Assembly: GCA_963706575.1 (NCBI GenBank)
Contig: CAVPNL010000003.1
Location: 1-64,000 of the forward strand
DNA length: 64,000 nucleotides
DNA from: an uncultured delta proteobacterium
GTDB taxonomy: Bacteria > Desulfobacterota > Desulfobacteria > Desulfobacterales > JAHEIW01
Reading direction: 5' to 3'
Part shown: piece after piece, positions 21,688-32,629 of the stretch
Layout: the number at the start of each line of letters is the position of its first letter
How positions within the stretch are numbered: position 1 is the stretch's first letter
Translations under genes and position numbers: made by a program
The notes under the pieces: generated by a model
Told to the model about the DNA's origin: nothing
Databases searched by the model: none
Seen by the model: the letters and a program-made list of their open reading frames with translations, nothing else

Positions 21688-22905
21688 TTAAATCGCATCA
21701 TATATGTTCATGATCTTGTCTACTTTGCCTTTTTCTGAGAATTTTGTTTCTACTGTTGAGTATCCATTGTTAATAAATTTCTGTTTAACTTTAAAATTAT
21801 TTCGTATCAGAATAATTTTTTTAGTTAAATCCTGTAAATTGTCTGGATCATAAAGAAATCCATTTTCCCCATCATTTATTATATCAAGTACCCCTCCCTT
21901 TTTAGTTGCAATTACCGGTATCCCATTCATCATCGCTTCAATAATAACACGCCCAAAGGGTTCAGGTTCCAGTGATGTGTGCATGAAAAGATCATAGGTT
22001 TTGGAATAAATATTTTTATTATTTTGGTATCCCATAAAATTTATTTTCTTAGATAAATCATAATTTTTAACATCATTTTTCATTTTTAAAAAATAATCTT
22101 TGCTACCGCTATAATAACTTCCAAAAATATCAATACAGAAGTCATCAAAATATTTGCATAGCAATTCTGCCAAAGGTATTAGGATGTGGGCCCCTTTCCA
22201 GTGTATCAACCGACCAATCCAAAGAATATTGAATCTTTTATCTTTTTTATCTTTAGAAGCAACAATCTTTTTTGAATTAATCCAATTATGAATAATTTCT
22301 ATTTTTTCATTCGATATCTTACCTTCATCTATCAAATTCTGTTTTATCGCACTAGAAATAGCAATGAATTTATTTACTTTTTTTCCGAAGTATTTAGTCA
22401 TAAATGGCAATTTGTATTCAAAATTTCTCTGATGAACGACACATGCTTTCCCTGTAAATATGGCGGCTATTATCCCCTCAGATACAAATCCAAGTCCATT
22501 ATTACAATGAATAATATCGATTTTATGTTTTTTTATAATACTTATAATATTTCTTATTTTTTTTACTTTTCTGATAAACGTTATGTTTTTTATAAATTTT
22601 TGGTAAAGTAATATCTGTTTTAAACGAAAATTACATTTTCTTAGAAAAAATATAATAAAGTTTTCTTGCGCTTTTGTTTCCGACATAACGCCGCTTCTCT
22701 GAGTCAGGATAATCTTACAATCATTTTTTTTGTACTCATTAATAATGTCAAAATTATGATATAAAAGAATGTAAATACGATATAATTTTTTATCTATTCC
22801 CTCTACAATATTTTGCAAACTTATCAGAGATCCGCCAACTCCCTTATTTCCAACTGGTTTACCAGTTTCTAAAAATAAGATATGCTTTTTTTTATTTTTT
22901 TTCAT
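21688..22905 (-). CDS. Glycosyltransferase family 4
   Basis: IGRLIHWKG and EPFGRVIIEAM motifs. Confidence 0.92.
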   Translation of the reverse strand: MKKNKKKHILFLETGKPVGNKGVGGSLISLQNIVEGIDKKLYRIYILLYHNFDIINEYKKNDCKIILTQRSGVMSETKAQENFIIFFLRKCNFRLKQILLYQKFIKNITFIRKVKKIRNIISIIKKHKIDIIHCNNGLGFVSEGIIAAIFTGKACVVHQRNFEYKLPFMTKYFGKKVNKFIAISSAIKQNLIDEGKISNEKIEIIHNWINSKKIVASKDKKDKRFNILWIGRLIHWKGAHILIPLAELLCKYFDDFCIDIFGSYYSGSKDYFLKMKNDVKNYDLSKKINFMGYQNNKNIYSKTYDLFMHTSLEPEPFGRVIIEAMMNGIPVIATKKGGVLDIINDGENGFLYDPDNLQDLTKKIILIRNNFKVKQKFINNGYSTVETKFSEKGKVDKIMNIYDAI

Positions 22906-22935
22906 CCCACAATCAAAATTTGGAAATTATCTTTT

Positions 22936-23871
22936 TCAGGCCCTTTTGGTTGAAGTACCTTTTGAAATCTTAATTTTTTCGTAAACTTTAACAGTTCCAA
23001 TAAATGCATATACAATTAAATATTGAATTTTTTGTTTTCCCCCGCGAAATTTTTCCGACGGTGGTAACCCTATAATAAATCTTCTTATTAATCCTATAAT
23101 TGCCCCGATAAGTCTTTTTAAATCCTTAACTAAATCTTTAAACAAGTATTTTTCTGTTTGGTTTAAATCCCAAATTCCTCCTACGACTCGCTTTGTTTTT
23201 CTAAAAATTTGTTTGAAAGAATTACGCGCAGGATGCAATACACAAGTATCTTCGGAATAGATTTGTGTGTATCCAGCAGATTTTACTCTTCTGCCCCATT
23301 CGACATCACCGCCTGATTTCAATTTTTGATTAAAGAGTCCGATATTTTCAATAACCGTTTTAAAAGTAAAAAGATTTGCAGTTACACCAAAATCATATCT
23401 TTCAATTCTTGTTTTTTGTGGAAAAGCATTGATTTTTTCATAAACTTCAACCGTAGTTAATTTGTCTTTATTTTTAAAAAAAAGTTTGATTTTCCCTGAA
23501 AGAAGGCCGCAATTTGTAATAGTTAGCATTTTTGAAACACCCTTTTCAATCCAATCTGGAAAAGGGATACAGTCAGAATCAGTAAAAGCGATGATCTCAC
23601 CTTTTGAAAAGGAGATTCCCTTGTTCCTTGCAGCATATGAACCCGGTTGCATTTGATGAGTTAAAACGGTGTTTCTATATTGATTAACTAATTTATCAAT
23701 TTTTTTATCTGAATCATTATCTACAACTATGATTTCATAACTATTTTTTGGATAGCTTTGTTTTTCAAGTGCATCGAGACAAAATTTTAAGTTCCTTAAA
23801 TCATTATATACTGGAACAATAACGGATACAAAAGGATCGGTTTTTAAATTTTTACTTTTTTTTTCCATCAA
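22936..23871 (-). CDS. Glycosyltransferase family 2
   Basis: SVIVPVYN, GSYAARN, AFTDSDC and SGGDVE motifs. Confidence 0.92.
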   Translation of the reverse strand: MMEKKSKNLKTDPFVSVIVPVYNDLRNLKFCLDALEKQSYPKNSYEIIVVDNDSDKKIDKLVNQYRNTVLTHQMQPGSYAARNKGISFSKGEIIAFTDSDCIPFPDWIEKGVSKMLTITNCGLLSGKIKLFFKNKDKLTTVEVYEKINAFPQKTRIERYDFGVTANLFTFKTVIENIGLFNQKLKSGGDVEWGRRVKSAGYTQIYSEDTCVLHPARNSFKQIFRKTKRVVGGIWDLNQTEKYLFKDLVKDLKRLIGAIIGLIRRFIIGLPPSEKFRGGKQKIQYLIVYAFIGTVKVYEKIKISKGTSTKRA

Positions 23872-23892
23872 TAAATTTACTTTTAACGGAAC

Positions 23893-24879
23893 TTATATTT
23901 TTACTTTTTCATGACTTTTAGAACTTTTATATATTATTTTTGCTGTATCTACGGGGTTTAACACGCTTTTTATTAAATACTTTAGTAATTTTAAGTATTT
24001 AATTTTGATTTCATTTTTTTTGAGTTCATTAATATGAAATTTCAATAAATTTTTATTCCAATTTTCAAATAAATCATTAATAATGAATTCATGGTAATTT
24101 TCTATTTTTTTTCCGAGCTTTAGGTTAAATTCGCTCTGCTCTAAAAATACAGGGCCATATTTTTTTAATATGTAAAGCTTTATTGCACGACGCGTATTAA
24201 ATCTTTTAGTTCGAGTTGTTTCTGACTCATTGTGCCGTCTCGTATAGGTTAGGACCTGATGTACAAATCCAAAGTCAGATTCTTGTAACAAATCAAAGCA
24301 AATTTCCTTATCCGCATGAATATTTTTTTCATTATAAAAATTAGTGCGCTTTCTAATAAGATCTGCCCGCAATAAAATTGATGTCGGGGATCCAAAAACA
24401 TAAACCCCTTCGAGCAGATTCTTTCTACAAATTTCACTGCCTTTGAAAAAGTTTCTGCTATATGGCAGACCATCTAAATTTACTTTAGTCTCATCCAATC
24501 GATAAGCTCCGATGATACCCACGGAAGGATGGTTTTCAGCTATTTCTACCATCCGCGTAAGGCATTCTGGGAAAATAAAATCATCAGCATGCAATACCTT
24601 ACAATATTTGCTCTCGGGCGAAATTTGGCGCATTGCATGATTCCAGTTCTGCATTAAATCTAAAATTTTTTTATTGTTAAGTATTCGGATTCTGTCATTT
24701 TTAGCTTCATAATCTTTAGCAATTTGAAGGGATGCATCCGTGCTGCAATTATTTATTATAATATATTCCCAGTTCTCATAAGTCTGGTTAATCACACTTT
24801 CAATACATTCGGAAATATATTTTTCAGTATTATATACTGGCGTTACAATACTTACCAATGGTTGCTTTTGCTTATTCAT
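23893..24879 (-). CDS. Glycosyltransferase family 2
   Basis: SIVTPVYN, NNCSTD and LHADD motifs. Confidence 0.92.
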   Translation of the reverse strand: MNKQKQPLVSIVTPVYNTEKYISECIESVINQTYENWEYIIINNCSTDASLQIAKDYEAKNDRIRILNNKKILDLMQNWNHAMRQISPESKYCKVLHADDFIFPECLTRMVEIAENHPSVGIIGAYRLDETKVNLDGLPYSRNFFKGSEICRKNLLEGVYVFGSPTSILLRADLIRKRTNFYNEKNIHADKEICFDLLQESDFGFVHQVLTYTRRHNESETTRTKRFNTRRAIKLYILKKYGPVFLEQSEFNLKLGKKIENYHEFIINDLFENWNKNLLKFHINELKKNEIKIKYLKLLKYLIKSVLNPVDTAKIIYKSSKSHEKVKI

Positions 24880-25991
24880 TCTTGATTATAAAAATCCAAA
24901 GGGTTTAAATATTCAACTAATGTTTGTTGATGATGATTAATCCATTTCAGTCCATTCATAAAGTGACATGCTTTATCCAGGCGATCTATGGATCCAGCCT
25001 GGAAATATCCTCTCCAGCTTTGTATTAAATTTATAATGCTAAAATATTTCCAAACTTTCGGTATCAATATGAGTTCATCCTTTAGAACTGGCATGTGACT
25101 CTGATAAGCATCAAAAAATATTTTCATTTTTTTAAAATCAAAACCAATCTTATTCGCGCAAAACGCATGCCACGAGCGTATAATATCTACTAATCGCCAA
25201 TCTAATCGAGCCATTTCAAAATCTAATACAAAGACCAAATTATAATTTATGTAGAGCAAATTATATGGTGTGTAGTCACCATGTATTAATATGCTGGGTA
25301 TATTTGTATTTTTTATTGAATAATCCAATCCTAATAATTGGTCTTTGTAGCAATCTGCATAATTTAACAGTAATTTAAGTTTATTCTCGATTACAGATCC
25401 GTCAGAAATATCAGATTCCTTAATGCAATAATTCAACTTTTCAATAAACCATTCGGTGGTTCTCCATCTATCACCACTTATTGCTTTGAATCCATCAGGA
25501 TTATAACCGAGGGGTTCAAAATTAAGAAAAAGCTTATGAAGGTATCCTAATGTTCTTCCAGCTGTTTTGATATATTTGTTTTTCTGTCGCTGCAATAAGA
25601 TAAAATTATTATAATGATATCCTCTATCAATAAAATCAAATAATGCAAATTTTTGTTTTTCGATTGTTACTATAGTTTTATCACTCTTTGTTGTTTTTAA
25701 AAGTGGCGCGGGAAATTTCGCCTTGTTTAGATATTTTAGAATTGAATGTTCTTGGGTTATCGTTGAATTCCCAAGTGTTGGCTTATATTTTTTTAGAAGT
25801 TTTCTGCCTTTAGATGTCTCTATAAGTAGATTGACTCCACGGTAACCCCCAACGGATCTTTGGTTATTATTAATTAAATTTAGATCGTATTCACTTATAA
25901 TTTTTTGTAAAATTGAAGATTTTATAAAATTATTTCTCCAAAAAGATCTGATACGGCTGTAAAATACTCTAGGATAAAAAAATAAATGCAT
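24876..25991 (-). CDS. APH / type II homoserine-kinase-family phosphotransferase
   Basis: LLKKY, EH, IHGDYTPYN and VLDFE motifs (Brenner motif). Confidence 0.82.
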   Translation of the reverse strand: MHLFFYPRVFYSRIRSFWRNNFIKSSILQKIISEYDLNLINNNQRSVGGYRGVNLLIETSKGRKLLKKYKPTLGNSTITQEHSILKYLNKAKFPAPLLKTTKSDKTIVTIEKQKFALFDFIDRGYHYNNFILLQRQKNKYIKTAGRTLGYLHKLFLNFEPLGYNPDGFKAISGDRWRTTEWFIEKLNYCIKESDISDGSVIENKLKLLLNYADCYKDQLLGLDYSIKNTNIPSILIHGDYTPYNLLYINYNLVFVLDFEMARLDWRLVDIIRSWHAFCANKIGFDFKKMKIFFDAYQSHMPVLKDELILIPKVWKYFSIINLIQSWRGYFQAGSIDRLDKACHFMNGLKWINHHQQTLVEYLNPLDFYNQE

Positions 25992-26120
25992 GGAAAAGAT
26001 TTTTATATTAAAAAATTGTTTATATCGATTAAATAAATTCTATATTTAATCCAATACCCGTTAATTATTTTTATTGATCTATTCAATGCCAGTTTATCAT
26101 AGCCATTTTTCACATTAAAT

Positions 26121-26799
26121 TTACCTCGACTTATTTCTCATTTTTACTATACGTGCAGGGTTCCCAACTGCAATTGCAGAGTTTGGTATACTCTCCGTGA
26201 CCACAGAACCAGCTCCAATCACAGAACTTTCACCAATTGTAACTCCATCTAATACGATTACCCCTACACCTATCCAAGCATCGTCCTTTATGACGATATC
26301 ACCTTTTGTCTGCAATGCTTGTTCCTTAATTTTTCGATCCGCCGAGAATCCATGATTATAAGGATAAAAGGCGCAATAAGGTGCAATTTGCACACCCGAT
26401 CCGATTTTGATCGATCCCATATACGCAGAAAATTGACACCGCGGCTGAATGTGAGTGTCGCTTCCAATAATTAAACTTCCACCGTCGCCAGTTTCAATGA
26501 TGGTGTCGAGGTGGATTTTAGAACCTTTTCCGACTTTAACAGGTCCACCTTTACTCGCCTGATAAATAACCACTCGGTCCCCTATGAATACATGAGCATC
26601 AAAGTCAAGATTTTTGTGGTGGATAGCACGCACTAGGCGAAATGTATCCCTTCGGTTGCAAATAAGCGAGATAACCGCAAGCCTTATATGGTGGGGCAGC
26701 CCAGGAGGCAATGTGGTTTGCAATTCTGCCCATTGGATTCAAGCCGCCAAATCCCAGCCAAAATTTTGCCCATTTTCTTTGAACTTTTTTTAGAAACAT
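26121..26799 (-). CDS. Hexapeptide-repeat (LbH) O-acyltransferase (frameshift near 26630)
   Basis: IVIKDDAWIG...GVTIG...IGAGSVVT...AVGNPA. The N-terminus MFLKKVQRKW is in another frame. Confidence 0.85.
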
Positions 26800-26865
26800 T
26801 TATTGCTGATTTTAGTTGAAAAATTCCAATTTAAAAATCCATTTTTATAATCAAAAAAATAAACT

Positions 26866-28293
26866 CTATGTTAAAAAATCTAATGCTACCATGTGTTCAT
26901 ATGACTCTTTTTTCCGAATCAGCTCATGTCTTCCATTTTCAACCAGAACGGCAGTGGCTCTTGGAAAAGAAAAGTTTGACTGTGAAGGAATCCAATAAGC
27001 GCCGGCATCCATTATTGCGATCACATCACCATTTTCGAGTAGCGGAAGTCTCTTAACCGGACAGACAACATCTTGCGGTCTGCAGGTGGGGCCAAATAGG
27101 CTATAATTGAATTCCCGGGAATCGTTCATATTGGATGCGTGGAATATTTCGTGATATTCGACAGGAATAGCCCTAGCAATAGATCGACCACCATCAAGAA
27201 TGACCGTTGTCAAATCATTTTCTGAAGGTTTAATTTGCAGGACGCTCAGCAACAGCATTTGAGCGCTGCAGGTAATTGCTCGACCCGGTTCCAAGATTAT
27301 CTTTGGCAGTTTATCGCTTTTATGTGTGACATAATTATTAAATAATTCAGTAATCGCCCTGCTATATTCCATAATTGATGGGCATGTCGGCTCTTCTATT
27401 AATTGAGCTGGCAAATTCTTCTTAAAGAGTTGGTAATCGAGTTTGGAATAGCTTCTAATGGTTGGTACCCAAAACCCGCCACCAAGATCGAAAAATCTTA
27501 TGGAAATGTCCAATTCCTTTTTCAACCTTTGCGAAAATTCGATAACTTCTTTGATGGCCTGTAAGTATTTTTCAATATTTTTGATGCCGGTTCCAATATG
27601 AATGTGAAGGCCACATGGATCAATATTCTGATTTCCCTTAAGTTTTTTAAAGGCTTCAAAAGCCGCTCCGTTATTTATTTGAAAACCGAATTTGGTCTTC
27701 CACCCAACTGAAGTGATTAGGCGAACGCCCACTTTTTGTCTTCGATCGTGTTTTTTAGTTAATCTCTTAACAGCTTCAATTTCAGATGGTCCATCTAAAT
27801 TGATCAACTTTATGTTCTTGGAAATTGCTAAACTTAAAGATTCTTCTGTTTTGGCAGGCCCGTTGAAAATAATTTTCTCTGGTGGGACATTGAGTTTCAA
27901 AGCGAGCCATAGTTCAAATGGAGAAACGACCTCTGCGCTGGCACCGAATTCATGCAATGATTTTAAGACACCCGGAAGAGGATTTGTTTTATAGGAATAT
28001 GCAATTTCAACAGCCGAATAATTTTCTTGAAAACATTTATAAAAATGAAAATAATTTTTTCTGAGCCTGTTTTTATCGATTACGAAAAGAGGTGTTCCAT
28101 ATTGGTTAGCAAGACAAACACTGTCGATACCTTGAATCACCAGGTGGTTGTCCGAATTAGATGCCAGTTCCCAAAGATCGGGGGAAAGTTTGTTATGATT
28201 TATTGCTATATTTTTCAACTCCCATTTATCAAATATACCAAGTATGTGTGAAAAAATAAATCCGACTGCACGATGTATTCTTTTGACTATCAA
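26866..28293 (-). CDS. Fold-III PLP decarboxylase (LysA/ornithine decarboxylase family), substrate uncertain
   Basis: YGTPL, YSYKTN (PLP lysine), FNGPAK, HIHIG, DLGGG, LEPGR, GPTCRPQD and DAGAY motifs. Confidence 0.88.
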   Translation of the reverse strand: MIVKRIHRAVGFIFSHILGIFDKWELKNIAINHNKLSPDLWELASNSDNHLVIQGIDSVCLANQYGTPLFVIDKNRLRKNYFHFYKCFQENYSAVEIAYSYKTNPLPGVLKSLHEFGASAEVVSPFELWLALKLNVPPEKIIFNGPAKTEESLSLAISKNIKLINLDGPSEIEAVKRLTKKHDRRQKVGVRLITSVGWKTKFGFQINNGAAFEAFKKLKGNQNIDPCGLHIHIGTGIKNIEKYLQAIKEVIEFSQRLKKELDISIRFFDLGGGFWVPTIRSYSKLDYQLFKKNLPAQLIEEPTCPSIMEYSRAITELFNNYVTHKSDKLPKIILEPGRAITCSAQMLLLSVLQIKPSENDLTTVILDGGRSIARAIPVEYHEIFHASNMNDSREFNYSLFGPTCRPQDVVCPVKRLPLLENGDVIAIMDAGAYWIPSQSNFSFPRATAVLVENGRHELIRKKESYEHMVALDFLT

Positions 28294-28338
28294 TTTTTCA
28301 GCTTTCTATTTTAACCTATTAGCAAGGTCAGTTGTTTT

Positions 28339-30517
28339 TCAAGATTCTAGGTCATTAAATTCTAGCACAATATCATCTTTTTTATCCGTCCGAATACAAG
28401 CCACTCGCCCTTTATTGTGATAGGCTCCAAACATTTTCAGTTGTGTATTATTTGAAAACAGCACATGGTCTTTTCCAAACTTCGTTTCAACCAAAAAAGC
28501 CATCCCACTGCCCCCAATGACTTCAAGCCTTTCAAACTTGACCTCATCGAGATCCTGGCGCTCTGCAGCGGGCAACAGCAAAGTTGCAAATACTGTAGCT
28601 GATGTGTTTTTTTGTTTATAGACTACAGTGGTTGATGCGGTCTTATGATGATGATCCAAAGAATGCCATCCCTGAATTGGGTTTTCACTACCATTCAAAA
28701 GCTCGACAAGCACTTTTGTGGGGTCGATCGGAATTAAAAGCAGGTTTGGTGAATTTGAATGATGTCCGATTAAAACTTTTGCATTTTTTTGAACACGGAC
28801 ATCTAAATCAGGAAAGATGTGGTACAGCAACTGGTAATCATGGTTTTTAGTGGCCTGGATTTCATCAACCAAGATCCAATAATGCGGTTTGACAAACAAT
28901 ATCTTTCGGGTGTGCCGGACATCACTGATAATGATAGGATCCTTGGGTCTATTCAAACTAAACCGTCCGTATCCATCGTTATAGTTCGAAGAGACGTAAT
29001 CGAATTCTGGTCTGCTAACCCAGGTAGCATATCTTCCCCTGGTGGGTTTCGGATTCATATTTATCCGGTTCCATCGTCGAATTTGACTCAGGCCATCGAC
29101 TAATATTGTATTATGCCCCTGGGAGCCGACAAAGTAATTCCGATAAGGGTCTTCCCTATCGTAGGTGTAAGACCCTGAATCCACAATAAAAGGTTGACCC
29201 AACGCGTATAGCTCTATACTGAGTTTATCTTCGTGACCATGGTATCCGCCATAGGGTCCGGCGTCGAAAATTAAGTAACTGGCATCTTTCGTCCAATTAC
29301 TTCTCATTACATATAAACCAGCATCATTAAAACCTAAAGAAGTCTTACGAGGCGCAGATCCTTTTTTCCCGCCAGTTCCAATATAAATCATGTCATCTCT
29401 ATCGAATAGTTTTCCCGCATGAGCCAAACGACTGCATGGCCAGCGTATAAAACCATCATTTATTTCAGGAAAAGTACCGTCGGGGCGCACCAAATATGCA
29501 AGCATTGAATACATTTTCTCTAAAAACATGCTTAAATTTTCATTCGGTAGAGATAAATTGTTCGTTTTAAGCAGTTTATGCATGGTTTCGAATTCATCGA
29601 CTGCTAACCATTGATAACCAGTAGACATTTCAATATGAGAGCCATCCTGATTAATCTGTCTTTTAATCTCGTTTTCAAATCGGGTTAGGGCAATTTTCAA
29701 CCAGCGTTTAGCATCTTTGAATTCCGGAAAACATATGCTCGTGTGCGCCAGGCCGTTGCTTTCGCGCAGAAGGTGGTTACGAGTCGTTTTGAAATAGGAT
29801 AAAAATCTTGCATGGTCATAGATCGAACGCAGCATAAGAATTTTGGCTTCATCGGTAAATACAGGTGAATTATAGAATAAACCGAAGCTGGGAATCCAGC
29901 TGACACGCAGTCTAAGAGCCACTTCCATTAATCGCCAGGTCGAGCTTTTTTCTTCTCTTCTTTTGGGCGGCTTATTTTTTGTGATCCAATCTACAAGTTG
30001 GTGAACGAATGCTTTCGCATATCGTTCATCACCTGATTTTAGATAAGCGATTCCCAAAATGGGCCACCACTGATGCCGGTTGAGTCTGAGAATCCATTCT
30101 CGGCTATTAATCGGATTATAGCACCAATCTATCGAACCATCTGAATTTATAAAGGGTTGCGTTCCTTCAGGCGAAATATGATATTCTAAAATAGAATTCG
30201 CTATGCTCGAATAATTTATTATCTGTCAGTTCATTTATATTGACGCGCAAATCTGTTATTGTTCGAGGAGGGAGAAGCCAACCCACTTTTACTCTATTCG
30301 CATAATGATCTAACAGGTTAAATTTTGCTGCTTGTAGATTGTTTTGCTCGAGCGAATCACGTACTATTTTAAGGTCAAACAAAGAAAGAAATTGTTGTTC
30401 TGGCAATTTTAGAACTGAATTCATCCGAGGCCCGGCCCACACAATCAGATTTCGAATCAAGTATTTTAGAAATCTAATTCTTCCAGAATTGATAAGATTT
30501 GTGTTGGGCCGCTTCAA
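28339..30517 (-). CDS. Heparinase II/III (PL12-like) family protein (frameshift near 30200)
   Basis: LNRHQW, WRLME, NHL, DGSHIEMSTGY, HGHEDKLS, DSGSYTY and HNTILVDG motifs. Confidence 0.88.
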
Positions 30518-30585
30518 TACTCGTGCTTTGATATAGTCGACTAAAAATTGAATTAAACCATTGAATAAGTTTTGCTTGCTTTGTA

Positions 30586-32454
30586 CTATCCAATTAAAGT
30601 GGGAACAGATTTTGTCTGCCTATCTTTAATTAGTCGAATGTCATCATTTTCATAATAAAACAGCGTCGCGATATTACATAAAACCTTAATATATTTAGAT
30701 CGCTCTATTGGATCAGTCGAAGTTGACATAAGTTTTTCATATATCGATCTATCAGCAAAATTCCATATAATCGAATTATGATGATCCAAACATACCTCTT
30801 GAATTTCATTCCGCTTTGACTCGAACCAACTGTAATGTTCGGGAAAAGATGGTTTATGATCAGTTTTTAGGGGACGTAATCGTTTGAGCAATTTTAATAT
30901 AGAAAAGCGTTTATTCGCATTTGCATACGCACGAATTATATTTAAATAATGTTGCTGTCGAGGCCATGAATATTTATCAAAGTCTAAGCCATGCAATTCC
31001 GGTGACAGAAATAATATCAGACTATAATGTAATGATTCGGCATAACGTTCAATTAACGGGGTCGCAAAGGCAGCCTCAACGAACGCCTTAGTACAAAAAG
31101 GTGAAAAAACATCGCGGCTCATCATCAAACCTCTCACATTATTGCCGATTCGGCGAGCATCACCTTGATACATGCCAAATGCGTCCGGTATGTCGGATAG
31201 CTTAAACCCTTCATCAATACACTTTCTGACATAACTTTGCATATAGTCTTGCACCAATTTAACGACATCAGCGGCAACAAGACCACCAAAGTTTCTGTTT
31301 CTTTTTTTCTTTATCATTTTTACAATAGTTGAATAATCGACTTCGCCCGGAAACGAATACGGATATCCATAAAAACATCGGGCAATCTCGCCACCCGCGC
31401 CCCATAAAATCATTTGCTTGCGATCAAATTTTGATTGCAGGCTGTTTACGATACCTCTTATTAAAAAAAGGCTTCGCATACCGTCAGTTTGGCGTATTGA
31501 ACTTTTTAATGCGATATCCCAGTTGCTTAATATGGCAAGATCGGCAACGTTTGTGACCTTATGGGTTAAGTTCAATTTTTCAGCAATATCGCTGGCAACC
31601 TGGACATCAAGACTCAATTGATTTCCGATGGTAAAGTATTCGACCTGCAAGCCATTTTTTATAAGAAGTGCTGCAATCAAACGCGAGTCACGCCCGCCTG
31701 TTAAGGTACATTTAATATCTTGGAAGTTTCGGTAAAGATTACGGCACGGCTGAGACATTTTATCGGCTAAAGATTTAATTTGAGGAGTTCGTATTGAAAA
31801 AGACTTTTGACGGACTAATTTTGGCAGTGGGTAGTAACTTTTGCGTTTCGGCTCAGCTTCGCCTTTTTGCCATTTCCAGTATTGACCTGCGGGAATCACC
31901 CGGATTCCTTCCCTCAAGGTACGATCTGCGCCCACCCATCCGGCACTTAAAAAGAGACCAGCTCCTAGTGCATCCATCGAACGAAAATCAGTGAGTTTTT
32001 CAATTAAAAATACACTGTTGCTAATTAGCCAATGGTCCGCTTGATTAGAATAAAATACTTGCTCATAACCTAGAATATCTGTTTGCAACTCAAGTTTTGC
32101 AGGGTCATCTGTCGTACGAACAAGGACATATTGTCCTTCAAGAACATTTGATAATTCTTCCCATCGTGGTATTAGATCTTCAGCATAATGCCCGCGATAT
32201 CCTCCATTAGGATTTATGGGCAAGCCGCTAAAAAAAACAGCTTGATTGTCGGTTTGTGCGACATATTGCCGCGGTGCGGCCACCTTATTGGAGATCGACA
32301 TTGAAGCAGAAAAAATAGTGCCACATGTACTCATACGATGCCAGCATGTTTTTGGATCTAACTGGGAATAGATGTCTTTCATTTGGCGCAATTCGGCCAA
32401 AATCAACCCATGGCGATCTTTAGGTAAATTCCATCCAACTACAAATAGATTCAT
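30586..32454 (-). CDS. Asparagine-synthase-related ATP-dependent amide ligase (no N-terminal Cys)
   Basis: LEGQY, TDILG, TLTGGRDSR (PP-loop), GAGGE and SPF motifs. The N-terminus is MNLFVVGW. Confidence 0.75.
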   Translation of the reverse strand: MNLFVVGWNLPKDRHGLILAELRQMKDIYSQLDPKTCWHRMSTCGTIFSASMSISNKVAAPRQYVAQTDNQAVFFSGLPINPNGGYRGHYAEDLIPRWEELSNVLEGQYVLVRTTDDPAKLELQTDILGYEQVFYSNQADHWLISNSVFLIEKLTDFRSMDALGAGLFLSAGWVGADRTLREGIRVIPAGQYWKWQKGEAEPKRKSYYPLPKLVRQKSFSIRTPQIKSLADKMSQPCRNLYRNFQDIKCTLTGGRDSRLIAALLIKNGLQVEYFTIGNQLSLDVQVASDIAEKLNLTHKVTNVADLAILSNWDIALKSSIRQTDGMRSLFLIRGIVNSLQSKFDRKQMILWGAGGEIARCFYGYPYSFPGEVDYSTIVKMIKKKRNRNFGGLVAADVVKLVQDYMQSYVRKCIDEGFKLSDIPDAFGMYQGDARRIGNNVRGLMMSRDVFSPFCTKAFVEAAFATPLIERYAESLHYSLILFLSPELHGLDFDKYSWPRQQHYLNIIRAYANANKRFSILKLLKRLRPLKTDHKPSFPEHYSWFESKRNEIQEVCLDHHNSIIWNFADRSIYEKLMSTSTDPIERSKYIKVLCNIATLFYYENDDIRLIKDRQTKSVPTLIG

Positions 32455-32629
32455 TAATTTTTATGCCTGACGAATAAATTCGAGTTTTGATTGGGTGTCG
32501 GGAAGAATAACGCTGCGATGGTTAACATCGATAAGTTTTTTTATGATTTGTTTCGACAATTATTCTGAAATGTAAATATTTGAATTAAAAGATCTCTTTA
32601 CTCATGCAGGTTTGAAAAACAGCGTCCGA

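Noticed and set aside
26866..28293. Calling this gene lysA
   Set aside because: The specificity motif is divergent and the glycan-cluster context argues against a housekeeping role, so no symbol is assigned.
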